Shown one piece after another: positions 1 to 12,599 of a stretch of 64,000 nucleotides of DNA. Origin of the DNA: Eledone cirrhosa. Its lineage: Eukaryota. Under the pieces are notes generated by a model, which saw only the letters and a list, made by a program, of their open reading frames with translations, had not been told where the DNA came from and made no database searches. Position 1 is the stretch's first letter; each line of letters starts with the position of its first letter. Location of the stretch: NCBI GenBank assembly GCA_964016885.1, contig OZ024740.1:52142001-52206000 (forward strand), in the 5' to 3' direction. A program made the translations under genes and the position numbers.

Positions 1-479
1 CACTAAGCATCCCCCACCCACTCGCAGAAGTCATTCATCTCACATTTCTAGAACCGACTGAATAAATTTCAGTTTATTTCTTATATTAATTCTAATAAAA
101 ACCAGGGTGGATGGGTGATCTGGTGGTCTGATGGATGAAAAGTAATTTAGAAGTAATTTGAGATTGAATGAAGGAAAATGTAAATGATTTCTGTGAACTG
201 ATTGACCTCTTTTGCAATCTTCATCATTCGTTGCCGTGAAATGCTGACGTCATTCTATAGAAGGTAATCACATCATATATTAACGTACACACTTCTTTTG
301 TATGAACTAATTGGAGAGCCCTTGCGTATTTGCTTGATATGCTAGATTTAGCAGTCAATTCCCTCACAATTTACAATCCATGACCATTAAAATATTGAAT
401 AAAAGATTAGATTGGAACGCTTTTGATCATAGTTTTGCTCGATAATTGATGATTTGGAACTAAATGATAATTTTTAATT

Positions 480-1030
480 TAGGAACCAAGCTCGCAATGT
501 GGTGGTAGTGGTGGTGGTAGGGGTATCGATTATATCGGCCCTAGTTCTTTACTGGTATTTTATTTTATCGATCCTGGAAGTACGAAAGGCAAAATTGCCC
601 TCGGCGGGATTTGAGACTTGGAACAAATAATGGTTTCTTATATAGGCACAAGGCCAGCCATTTTGGGGGAGGGGAAAGTCGATTAAATCGACCCCAGTGT
701 GTGACTGGTACTTTGTTTTATCGACCCCATAAGGATGAAAGGCAAAGTTAACCTCGGCGGGATTTGAACTCAGATCATAAAGGGCCGTAACTCTATGCTG
801 CAAAGCATGGCGTTCGACCCTCTACCGATACTGCCAATCCACCGCGCTCCTTGGAACTAAATAATTGTTTCTTCTTTTGGCACAAAGCCAGCAATTACCC
901 AATACATTACTGGTACTTTATTTTATCGACCCCGTAAGGATGAAAGGCAAAGTTAACCTCGACGGGATTTGAACTCAGACCGTAAAGGGACGTAACTATG
1001 CTAGAAAGCATGGCGTCCAACCCTCTACCG
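480..1030 (-). mobile_element. Cluster of three tRNA-derived SINE copies (Meta-domain-like central region)
   Basis: Repeated reverse-complement of GGCAGTATCGGTAGAG (A-box-like), GTTCAAATCCCGCCGAGG (B-box) and GCCTTTCATCCTTACGGGGTCGATAAAATAAAGTACC at ~480-620, ~630-848 and ~865-1030. Confidence 0.85.
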
Positions 1031-1063
1031 TGGCGTCCAACAACAACATATCACTGAAATACA

Positions 1064-1225
1064 GACGTAGCATAGCCAAATAGCTAAGAAGTTCGCTTCG
1101 CTATCCTAAGATCCCGAGTTCAATCCCACTACAAAGTATCTTGGATATCATTTACTAAAGTATCGGAGCGATCCAAGCTTTGTGTGTGAAATTGGATAAG
1201 TGAGAACTGTTTGGAAACTCGTTGA
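1064..1225 (+). mobile_element. Degenerate tRNA-derived CORE-like SINE (other degenerate copies ~2590-2760 -, ~32595-32725 +, ~54210-54350 -)
   Basis: GAGTTCAATCCCACT B-box followed by CTTGG...AAGCTTTGTGTGTGAAATTGG, resembling the octopus CORE-type SINE body. Confidence 0.6.
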
Positions 1226-1355
1226 ATGGGCTGTGTCTGCAATTCAAAGGCCATCCTTATCACACACTGTGTCATGCTGATTCACCCTGAGAAATACGTT
1301 AATGGCACACATATCTGTAGAATGCTCAGTCAGTCACATTAATTTCATGAGCAGG

Positions 1356-1538
1356 GCGGTGAATTGGCAGTATCGGTAGAGGGTTGGACGCCATGCTTTC
1401 TAGCATAGTTACGTCCCTTTACAGTCTGAGTTCAAATCCCGCCGAGGTTAACTTTGCCTTTCATCCTTACGGGGTCGATAAAATAAAGTACCAGTAATGT
1501 ACTAGGTAATTGCTGGCCTTGTGCCTCAAGTAGAAACA
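1356..1538 (+). mobile_element. Full-length Meta-domain-like SINE with 18-bp target-site duplication
   Basis: A/B boxes and central domain; TSD ATTAATTTCATGAGCAGG at 1338-1355 and 1539-1556. Confidence 0.9.
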
Positions 1539-1676
1539 ATTAATTTCATGAGCAGGCTGTTCTGTAAATCGAACAACTGGAACATCGATGTCAAATGGAC
1601 CTCCATCGGTTTCGACATGGATGTTCCAGTTGATCAATTTACATAACAGACTGCTCATGAAATTAATGTATTAGCT

Positions 1677-1795
1677 GAGGCTGAGCTGTCCAGCCGCAGG
1701 TGTGAGCCTCGCGAGCTGGAATGGCTTTTCCAGCGCGTCTTTCTTGCCGTCCTCCGAGGAAACGCCTTCTCCATTCTGTCAGCCGGGGCAGCGGG
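1677..1795 (+). mobile_element. CRE-clade non-LTR retrotransposon 3' fragment (RLE C-terminus)
   Basis: Translates ELSSRRCEPRELEWLFQRVFLAVLRGNAFSILSAG, matching the FQRLSxAxQRGNA C-terminal motif of CRE-like elements. Confidence 0.6.
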
Positions 1796-4056
1796 GAGGC
1801 CACCAATATGATTGACTAACTTGTCATTTTATCAGTCAGATGTTTTTAGACATCACCCAGTTAAATATGATTCGTTTTCCCTGTCTTATTGATGTTTTCG
1901 TTTTATGTTTCTGTTGTATCTTCAACTGGAATCTAACCAAAACACAAACAATGCTGACATGAAATTCATTCATCTTATTCATTTGTTCAGGTATCGGCAT
2001 TATTGCTCCTTCCAGTAGGACCAATCTTTCATTCCGACAACGTTGGACCCTTGGTCATCCATCTCTGCTCATGTTCCAGCCGGCAACTTGCTATTATTTT
2101 AAAGGAATATTACGAAGAATTACCGATGTAATATTCACCTTACGCTCGATCAACCTGCTAGAAATAGCAGCCCAATGTCCTTCATCTTGCTTGACTTAAA
2201 AAGGATATACGTATTGTACATTACTATCTACTGCCTGCTAAAATATACTATGGTCATAGCTGGAATGCTTTTGATTATATGTTTCTTTTTATAGGGCTGG
2301 CATAGAGGTTAAACAGCTATAATCACAAAGCCAACATATATAACCATGTCTATCCCAGCTTCAAATTACTGATTAATTCGCCATACAAACTAGTTGGTTT
2401 CAATTTAGACCGTTTTGTTTTTACATGGATGGATCCTCCATCGCTTTCAACGACGAGCATTCAGTCGTTCAATCATCCGAACGTTCGACTTGTGAATTAA
2501 TGTTTTAGTGGTTGCGTATTCTCCAGAGACGTTTATTTTTAACATAGTTCTCCAACAAAATCAACGTGACACAACATGTGACAAGACTGGACTTATAGAT
2601 TCCAGATATAATCCATCCGACGGGCTTTCACTCAGTTTCCGTCTACTAATGCCATTCCCACGGTTTGGATCGACTCTAGATCATTTTGCCATATATAGCT
2701 GTGACAAATTTACAATGGCATTTTCGCGCTTCTGATCATTGGCCATCATTTTATTTTTTCTTGTGCTTGACAATATTAACCTCTACAGACATCTATTTTA
2801 CCAGAAACCGACCACAAAATGAAGTTAGAGATTTTCAAATTTTTCAACAGTGCTCCACTGTTGGAAATTGATTTCGTAGATAGACACAAAATCAAATATT
2901 CAAACGCAGTTATAGTCAATTAAATCGACTTCAGCACATGATTGCTACTTTGTTCCACCAACAACGGAAGGATCAAAGGCAACGTTACCTTGATTCTGTG
3001 TCACACTCTCGATCGATCTCATCATCTCCTGTTCCATAATAATTGCAATGTTTGTCAAGCCAAGGGCACTCAACTCCTGATAGAATCGTAGAGACGCAGT
3101 CTTTCACATTTATACCTGGCAGAGTCCACTCATCTCAAATTCGGAACAAAGCCGATTTCTTTCGAAGAAATAGAGAGAACGGCAAGAAATAAGTGAGAAA
3201 AAAATATAGAGAAAGAATCGATCCCAATATGAAACTGGTACTTTATTTATCGACCTCGAAAGAACGAAAGACTAAATTGAGTTCGACGGTATTTGAATAA
3301 AGCACAGAAAGCCGGAACAAACACACCAACGTTCTAACGACTTACCCACCTTATTTGTAATGCTTATTGATATAAAAATTTTAACGAAACATTTTCCTTT
3401 ATAAATTTTGATAATTTCTATTTCTGAATTTCTTTAGAAACGGATTGTTTTAATTGCATAAACTTTGTACAGAAACGCATTTTGGATTTTGTAATCCATT
3501 TATTTCCGTTCTGAAGCTGTAATAAAAGACAATAGGATATGAATATATTAGGGGACTGTATTCTTCTTTCCTATTTTGCACATTTGCTTATAAAATTCAT
3601 CCTAATTGTGTGTGTTTGTATATATATATATACATGTATGTGTCTGTATGGGTGTGTCAGTGTGTGTATTCAATTTGATTGTCGTCCATATGTAAATCAG
3701 TTTTCCGTTGTTTCATTATTCAACTGTACAAATAGAAAGAATATATTTTAAAGGGATTGAATAACAACAGAATATATTTAAAAAGCATAAAGGATTGAAT
3801 TAAAAATTAGGCCCACAAAGAATGGCATTATTTAGTGTATGTTGGTAAGTATTGGAAAGACAGGAGAATAGGAAGATAGATGGAAAGGTAATGAGAAAAA
3901 GAAGGAAAACAAGAAAAGAAAGAACTAAGAATAGTGAGAAAGACGGAAAGGCAAAAAAATTAGGAAAATGAGAAATAAATAAAAAAAAGGAAAAAGAAAG
4001 AAAAGGGAGAACAACATAAATAAATATTTGAAGATTAAGAAGGTTGGTAATAGAGC

Positions 4057-4094
<38 letters not shown>

Positions 4095-4635
4095 AACAAC
4101 AATAAAAACACACACATGCACAAAAGAAAAGAGAAGACAGGCAGAAAAGAGAAAGAAAGGGAGTAGAAGGTAATAATTTCTTCTTTTAAGACCATGACAG
4201 AGAACTGTGGACGATATGACATGTATCGAAGTGTAAAGCTACTACAGGTGATATCGAACGAAGCAAATTATGATTCATTCAAAACGAATCCACGTTGATG
4301 AGTTGTTACTGTTTAACACCAGGTTAGCCAAGATACACCAGAAATGGTATCAAACACAGCAAATTATGACCCATTCACATCAAATTTACATGACAAGTTG
4401 CTGTTAAATAGCTCCAGCTTAGTCGTATTCCAGTTTCTAGGGGTAATAACGAATACAACAAATTTCTATCCATTCACTACATCAGAGGTTCTGAAAGTGG
4501 GCGCTACCGCCCCCAAGGAGGGTGATGGGGCCTAAGGGGGAGATGATATAATAGTATATTAAATGTCAAATGATACATATTTTATATAAATATAGTAAAA
4601 CCAAAAAATATGAAATGTTTATTTATACAAAGTAT

Positions 4636-4820
4636 ATTGGCAGTATCGGTAGAGCGTCGGACAACATCCTTTGAGGCATAGAGTTATGGCCCTTTACGTT
4701 CCGAGTTCAAATCCCGCCGAGGTTAACTTTACCTTTCACCCTTACGGGGTCGATAAAATAAAGTACCAGTAATGCACTGAGGTAATTGCTGGTCTTGTAC
4801 CTAAAGTAGAAGCAATTATT
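4636..4820 (+). mobile_element. Meta-domain-like SINE
   Basis: TTGGCAGTATCGGTAGAG, GTTCAAATCCCGCCGAGG, central domain and 3' tail. Confidence 0.85.
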
Positions 4821-4852
4821 TATTATATATAAATTAACGATTTTATTTGTTA

Positions 4853-5765
4853 CTAGCAGTGGAACCCGGCGTTGCACGGGATAAGGTATTTTGGAACGCG
4901 GACCGCCAACAGACCTAATTGTGGAAAAACTGCATGTCTGGACAATATGTAAAGAAAATAAACCGATTACTCTGATGGCTGGATAATTTTAAAGATTTTC
5001 CTCGATGAAGGAGGAAAAGTGCAGGTTTTCACCTAATGCGGGCCTTAGGGGATCAAGAAAATGAATTTTTTATGTGCATAATATGCCTTGAAATTTCGGG
5101 AAAATCGGATAGACGTAGCGCCTCAAAAAAGCCCTAAAAAGCTGAAAAAATGAAGTTTTTCACCTAATGTGGGCCCTAGGGCATAAAAAAGTTGGATTTT
5201 CTTTGCTCACGGTATGAAGAAGTCACTAATTAATACATAGTTACATTTTCAAGGAAATCAGTCTGACGTAACGCCTCAAAAAAACTCCTAAAAACCTGAA
5301 AAAAACGCAGTTTTTCACCTAATACCTAGGGTATCAAAAAGCTGAAACATAAGTAATACACATGTAAAGTTTGAAAAAAGTCGGTTGGGTACTTCCCGAG
5401 TTTTAGGGATTCAAACTTACAGACACACACACACATCCTCAGGGAAGTGACGTATTGCAGACATCAGACATACAGACATACAGACATACAGACATACAGA
5501 CATACAGACATACAGACATACAGACAGATATTATAAGGGCGCGACGTTATATATATGTATCTATCTAAAAAGAGAAAGACTAAGAATTATAGAGAGAGAT
5601 CGCTAAATCGCCTAATGCAGTTCTTAGGGCATTGAAAATTTGAATTCTTTTTGTTCAAAACACTCCCTGAAACACAAGTATTACATGTGTAAAGTTTGAA
5701 AACAGTCGGTTGGGTGGTTCTCGAGTTTTAGGGAATCAAACTCACACACACACAGACAGACATGA
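4853..5765 (-). mobile_element. Non-autonomous Helitron-like element
   Basis: Minus-strand 3' end CCCGTGCAACGCCGGG hairpin followed by CTAG|T; internal similarity to 54805-55975; internal (CAGACATA)n; 5' boundary uncertain. Confidence 0.65.
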
Positions 5766-6019
5766 GGGGGGGGGGGGGGGGGGGCTGAGGTTATTACGTG
5801 ATTGTAAGGGGGCGGTGGCCCCAAAAAGTTTGAGAACATCTGAACTACATTGATAAGTTGCCGTTGTTGTTTAATCCCACGTCAGCCCTGATCTAGTTTC
5901 TAGTGATGGTATCAAACACACCAAATTGTGATCCATTCACAACAAATTCCCATTGATGTGTTGTTGTTGTTTAGTTGTTTGTGGTTCACGCATACATACA
6001 TTCACACACGCACACATAA

Positions 6020-6103
<84 letters not shown>

Positions 6104-6277
6104 TGTATGTATGTATGTATGTTACTTGGGGAGGAAGGTGATTTTGGACACCCTGCAGGACAAAAAACAAAACCTGACAAATGGCGCAAGAACTCATAAG
6201 AGTCAACGGCTATCCAAAAGTGTGTAAATATGTATGTATATGTATATGTGTATATACATGGGTGCATGTGTATGTAT

Positions 6278-6634
6278 ATGCGCGGGGACATAGAAATAGT
6301 TGGGCTGGACAACCGATCGCGCGGTTAAACCACTGGGAGTGAAGGACCCCTAGACTTTGTCAGGGCATTCTTCTAGGAGAAGGCAACTCAGGAAACTGGG
6401 ATAACTCCGATATAGAACCTGCGGCTCAGTAGTTACCGATGATGTTGATCTTTTCTTCTTTTCGGGTTATAGCTACTGTCGCTCAGAGAGTGGGATTGGC
6501 TCAGTGCACAGTCTTTCCTCACTTAAAAAAAATATCTTCACGCACAGGCATTGCACGATAGAATTAATTAATAATTATGAATAATGGTATATCGTACAAT
6601 GGCCATACTCGATAACGAGGGGGCAGCCATCATG
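6278..6634 (+). mobile_element. Non-autonomous internally deleted derivative of the RTE at 39952-44189
   Basis: 5' part matches RTE 5'UTR (43915-44189, rc); 3' end ATGGCCATACTCGATAACGAGGGGGCAGCCATCATG matches 39952-39988 rc; (TATG)n tail. Confidence 0.8.
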
Positions 6635-6654
6635 TATGTATGTATGTATATATG

Positions 6655-7057
6655 TTCTTCTGGTTTTATAATTTCACAAATTTTTGCCAATAGAGAGAGA
6701 GAGTCGGTTTCTAACATAGACACAATACTGTTTCATTGGAATTTACACAACATCAACTAGGTAGATATGTCTGCATGCATGCTTAAGTGTATGTGCAGTT
6801 ATGGATGTTATTGTATGTGTGGATGTGGATGTTTTAAGCTGTATGTGTGCATGTATATATACTTTGTATTTGTACATGTATATATGCAGTTATTAGATGC
6901 AGAATTTTTGGAATGTTTTACATATTTTTACTATTCTATTAATGGATTGTACCTGTAATTTCCTAACTAGTTGTGTTCTTTCTGTTCCTGTGAAGCCTAG
7001 CTTCTCAAGATTTGTATTGAAGCAGTTACTAACATATCCCAGTGCCCCAATAATCAC

Positions 7058-7058
<1 letters not shown>
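6655..7058 (-). mobile_element. 5'-truncated copy of the R4/Dong-like LINE (RLE end plus 3'UTR)
   Basis: Direct similarity to 7699-8095 over ~400 bp; flanked by (TATG)n on both sides. Confidence 0.85.
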
Positions 7059-7090
<32 letters not shown>

Positions 7091-7131
7091 TGTATGTATG
7101 TATGTATGTATGTATGTATGTATGTATGTAT

Positions 7132-7686
7132 GTCGGGTCGTATGCGACTAAACTGGCAACCCCACCAAGGTTTCTTGGTGAGGAGGGTGACTTTGGACAT
7201 CCTGCAGGACTAAAAACAAAACCTGTCAAAGGGCAAATGGAACTCTTAAGAGTCAATGGCCATCCAAAATCACCGGGAGAGATGACCCATTAGCCTTTGT
7301 CAAGGCAGAATTCTAGGAGAAGGAAAACTCTGATATAACACCTGCAACCCTGATGATATCCAATGATGTTGACTTGTTCTTCTTTTTGGTAAATATCATC
7401 TTGGTTAAGAGAGTGGGACTGGCTTTGTGCAGTGCCTTTGCTCACTATAAAAGCTTCACGGCACAGGCATTACTTTATATCTGGAGATCTCTCTGCACTT
7501 GTCGTCACATGGTACCATGGGCCCAGCACTATGTGTCAATAATTGTCACAAGTGTAGTGTTTGTACCAAAGTTTTCAAGTCGCTGGCCGGACTGAAAAGT
7601 CACACTCGTTCAGCGCATCGGTAGGGGTTCTCCTACATGGATATAAAGTAGTGGCCGTACTCGAAAACGAGTTGGCAGCCACCATG
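7132..7686 (+). mobile_element. Second family of non-autonomous RTE-derived element (5'UTR + C2H2 remnant + 3'UTR); short fragment also at ~6123-6220
   Basis: TTCTAGGAGAAGGAAAACTCTG RTE-type 5' motif, HKCSVCTKVFKSLAGLKSHTRSAH remnant, GGCCGTACTCGAAAACGAGTTGGCAGCC 3' end, (TATG)n tail; near-identical to 46275-46890. Confidence 0.8.
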
Positions 7687-7698
7687 TATGTATGTATG

Positions 7699-10600
7699 TT
7701 CTTCTGGTTTTATAATTTCACAATTTTTTCCCAATAGAGAGAGAGTCGGTTTCTAACATAGACACAAGACTCTCTCATTGGATGTACACAACATCAACTA
7801 GGTAGATATGTATGCATGTCTGCATGCATGTGTAGATATGGATGTTATTGTATGTGTGGATGTGTATGTTTTGAGTTGTATGTGTGCATGTGTATATGCT
7901 TCGCATCTTTACAAGTGTATATGCAGTTATTAGATGCAAAAATTTTGGAATGTTTTACATATTTTTACTGTTCCATTAATAGATTGTACTTGTAGTTTCC
8001 TAACTAGTTGTGCTATTTCTGTTCCTGTGAAGCCTAGCTTCTCAAGATTTGTACTGAGGCAGTTACTAACATACCCCAGTGCCCTAATAATCACAGGCAT
8101 AAATCTGAAGGTGTAATCAGGGTGGAGTATCTGCAGATTTCTCATCACTTCTGCATAAATATTCTCCTTTACGCTAATCTTTGATATTATATTGGCATCT
8201 GCTGGGCAGCTAATTTCCACTACTGTGCATACTTTCTTCTCCCTGTCCCATATCGTAATATCTGGTCTGTTATGCCTGCATTTTATTGGGGTTTTTACTG
8301 GAACATTCCACCAGTACTCTTTCATATTATGTACATGGATGTCTTCCACATTGCTGTAGCTTTTAATAGGTTTATTATCGGGGCTATCTTTTTTACCACT
8401 ACATCATAACTCATAGGTAGATAGTACCGCGATGACATCTTTGGACAGCTGCTGATGACATGGGTGATATCCTCGATGTTAGTTCTGAAGAGTTTGCACT
8501 TGTTATCACATCTAGGTGTTTTGCCTGCATCCCTATCTCTTTTGTGAATCAGGTATTTCGTGTTAATCTCCTGTTCTTGGATTTCAAAAGCGTATCCTTC
8601 AAAGTGGGAGCCAATATAACGGTTGTTGGTCCAAGATAGACTACTTTCTTTATCTATATTACTCTCACTCTGGAGCTTCCTGGCAACATATCCATGCATG
8701 ATTTTTTGCTGATAAGCATGCAGTTTTTCATCCATGGATTCACTGCGATACTGCTGAGCGACTTCCCTGCGTGGGAGTTTTTGATTATCACACAGGGAAT
8801 ATCTCTCGAGGAGTTCCTTCCCAACTCTCATGATCTTATCTGTTTCATGCAGATAGACTTGATAGAGAGACGGGCTCCTACGCTTCGAGGTTCGTAGATG
8901 TTGTTGGAGGGATATGATGCGACATTCAAATGCTGTCTGGGCTGATGTTAGGCCTCTGCCTCCCTGCTTATGTTTCAAGTAAAGGCGGTCTATGTCATTA
9001 TTGATGTGGAAGTTTCCGGTGTTGTTTAGTATTTTTCGAGTTCCAACATCAATTGCTCGGATTTCGTCTATCGTCCAATTGAGTATTCCAAACGTCGATT
9101 TTAGGACAGGCACAGCAAACACATTGCGAGCCACTGTTTTGTTTTGCGCAGAGAGTTCCGATGACCAAATCTTCCTTAACCGGGTGTAGTATTCTCTGGT
9201 TACGCGTTCCTTATTACAGATACCATTATAGGATATGTTCTCATCTATCCTCAGGTATGGGTGAAACAGTTAGGCCATTGATGACAATGTTGCTAGATTG
9301 GGTTGTTGTTTTTCCCCGCTTTACAGTCATGTATGAGCATTTATCTTGGCCAAACTCCATTCCTATATCCTTTGATAACGTTGTAACCAGGTCAAGAGTT
9401 TTCTTCATCCCATCCATGTTCTTGGCATAGAGTTTCAGATCGTCCACAAAGAAATTATGGGTTAGGTTCGTATTTCTGTCCTCCTGTGAGCCAATGATGT
9501 ATCCCTCACATTTTTTAGCAGAAAGGACAAGGGGTTTAATGACAAGATGAATAATATCACAGAGAGACTGTCCCCCTGAAATATACCCCTGCAATATTTT
9601 ATTTTATCAGTGAAAATAGAGTCCTCCCTCTCTGTCTTTAACCTTCGGATAGTAGCCCAAGAATAGCTTCTCTATGGTTCTGACAATAATATCTGGGACT
9701 TTAGCAAGTTGGAGGGCCTCTATCATCCAAGAGTGGGGAACAAAATCGAAAGCTTTTCTGTAGTCCAGCCAGACTGTAGCCATATTCCTCCTAAGATGTC
9801 TCACCTCCGACATCGCAATTTTGTTGATTAGGAGTTGTTCAGCACATCCCCAAACCCCTTTCTTTCCAGCTGCTTGTTCATCTGTGATGATGTTATTATT
9901 TTCACAGTGATCTTGGAGGAATAGGATCAGGCAGGCTGTATACATCTTATACATCAGGTTCTGGCATGCAATTGGTCGGTAGTTTTTTGCCAAGTGGGTG
10001 TCTTTGTTCTTGGGGACCAGTAATGTTTGTGCTAATGTCATCCATTCTGATATAAGTGTATCTCCCTTAATAACTTGTTGGTAGAGGTCAGTATATCAGT
10101 TTTTTGTCCCAGTAGCCAACAATCATGTCTCTTCCTGGTGTTTTCTTATCTTGGAGTTTTCCTATCACAGTCTGAAGGGTACCCTCACTTATTTCGTATG
10201 TTTTTGTTGTAGTGTAGGAGCAATAGTTCTTTCAGATTTCTCTTAGTCACACTGCATCTTGGTTGAAATTCTTCTTTTCACCCCATATTTTGCTCCAAAA
10301 GGAATCTGTCTTTCTGGGATGTGTCCTCAGTGACACTTATTTTTTTGTTCTTCATATCTCTATAGACTGATGTTTGGTTTTGTCTGAATCTTTTATTAAG
10401 CACTTTTCTCTCATCCACCTTCTTCAGGTATCGGCGTTTTTCGCTAACAGCTCTCAATTCTTGTTTGAGGGTAATCAGCTTATATTGAAGAGTTCTGGTT
10501 CTACTGTTACCAAACATCGTCTCTATTTTATTTTTCACTCTTTGTTGGTGAGGAGTGAGGTTATTTTGTGTTTGTTTGCATGTAAGGAGCATTGTCACAT

Positions 10601-11500
10601 ATCCTATGGTTTTTCGTAGGTCACCAATCTTTTTTTCTATTTTAGTTATATATGATGGTATTTTTATTGGTGTTCTGTTCTTGTTAATATCTCTGCTATC
10701 ACCAAGATAATGCTTCACTGTCGTTGCTAAGGCATATAAACAGGCGTTGATTTGCCAAAATGTTGGGGTTTTTATCTGTCGTAAATATTCATCCCCTATT
10801 TCGTCAATAACACGTAGTATTTCATTATTTGGCTTTTTATTAAACATTGTCGTTTTAACACGTTCAGCCAGAGAGATATTTATACATGAGTTAATTTCTC
10901 TCTGGAAGATTTCGTTGAGGGAAATTTTCAATTGTTTATACTTTTGATTATTATCATTATCGATAGTATTTTCCACAACAGTCGAGGTAGACTCGGATGG
11001 TACACGTGGTGTCAAATTTCTTCGATTATTATTATTATCGATAGTGTTTTTCCCAGCATTCGAGGTAAACTTAGATGGTACAGGTGGTGTCAAGTTTCTT
11101 ACAGGCATAGTTGTTTCAAGGCACTGTTTGACCTGGCTACTAGGAAGTCTAGTAGCATGGCGACCTGTAGCACATGTTGTTGATCCCATGTTTGTTGTGG
11201 GGGACTTACAATTAATACTACTTATCTTATTTTTACGTTCAACAAACGTCGCTTGTTGGCGTAATTGTTTCGCTGTGAAGTGATTTAGCTCTGGATGCAT
11301 TTGAACCCAGTGTAGGTTCATTCTATTCATATAGCCAATGGAGAGATTGTTTGTTGCCATTTTATAACAATTAAATAAATCATTAAGTTCGCAACTCCAA
11401 GGGAAATGCGATTTATAATTTCGGTTTCTTCTGTAGCTACAACTGAATAAAGTTTGTTTACCTTTCTTGTTGTTTGTCTTCGATACTTCCTTAATTTTGT
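7699..11500 (-). mobile_element. R4/Dong-like RLE non-LTR retrotransposon, frameshifted (RT + CCHC + restriction-like endonuclease)
   Basis: ORF pieces with KNYRPIAC, LDYRKAFD, HNFFVDDLKLYA (RT), LYLKHKQGGRGL, CDNKC..ITHVISSC knuckle, and HNRPDITIWD..VVEISCP..K (PD-D/ExK RLE); flanked by (TATG)n. Confidence 0.88.
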
Positions 11501-12599
11501 GTATGTATGTATGTATATATGTATGTATTATATTATTGCATGTGTGGATCTATGTTTTGATTTATGTATATATACAACAATTGAGTTAAACATCTAGAAA
11601 CAAATTTTAAGTATTTTAAAAGTTCCATTAATTGCAACTTCATAATCAGCCGTGTCCTTCCTTGGTTTGGGAAGTTCAACTTCTCAAAAATTGTGTAGAG
11701 GCAATAGTTTTTTGTTTTTGATTTGAGACAATACCGTATAGTTTTAGTATATCTAGTTTATTTAAGAATTCATTACGTTATAGAACTGTTACTTTTGTCA
11801 GTCTCTGTGGCTTTGAGAAGTATAATGTTTGATCCAAAAATAAGACGAAAGTATTATTTTAATTTTTGCCTTGCGTTACTTGAAGAACCATTGTTACATC
11901 TATGTATTTGAACTGCACTTTACAAAGAAAGTTAGAACTGCACTGTACACATTGTCAAAAGAAAATATAATTATATATATATATATATATATATATACTG
12001 ATAGACAATCGATAATTATGAAAATACAGAATATAAATTAAATCTTATAATTGAGACCTTATTAAATCTGCACGCAGCATAGGAAAATAAAATGAACGCC
12101 TCATTTTCCTGAAATTATTTAGCTATAATAACTCAATTTAACTGAAATTATTAAGCAGTAATAACTCAATTACTCGATAGAAGATAATATATATATCATG
12201 ATATGAGAATATGACGTGATAATAATACAATAATTTAAACACATCTTCCCTACATGAACACCAGCTTCTCTTATAGATTGTAATAATAAAATGTAAATAA
12301 TACTTTTCCTTCATGAAAAATAATGCATGATACATGTTCTATAGTGAACAATACAGTGCATATAACATGCCAGTAAAATACTTTGACGTAATAATGTGAT
12401 TTAGATAGTAAAATATTATATTCCTGTATAAAACGTTGCATCGTTTTTGCAGTTAGGCTATTTGATGAAATAACATCCCCACACAGACAATCTTTCCATG
12501 GAATGTAGTTATAAGTTAGTAAGTTTAGATATATATTCAGAAAAAGGGGAAATACTTAGGGAGAAAAGTTTACAACTAGCCTTTGGCGATAAGCGAATA

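Larger units (their letters stand above)
4483..5842. mobile_element. hAT (Charlie-like) MITE carrying nested SINE and Helitron-like insertions
   Basis: Termini CAGAGGTTCTGAAA / TTTGAGAACATCTG; 8-bp TSD CACTACAT (4475-4482) vs AACTACAT (5843-5850). Confidence 0.7.

Noticed and set aside
1356-1445. tRNA gene-like A/B boxes
   Set aside because: Heads of a multi-copy SINE with TSDs, not a complete cloverleaf
3800-4222. 140-aa poly-Cys hydrophobic ORF
   Set aside because: Antisense reading of purine-rich low-complexity DNA and (CAA)n
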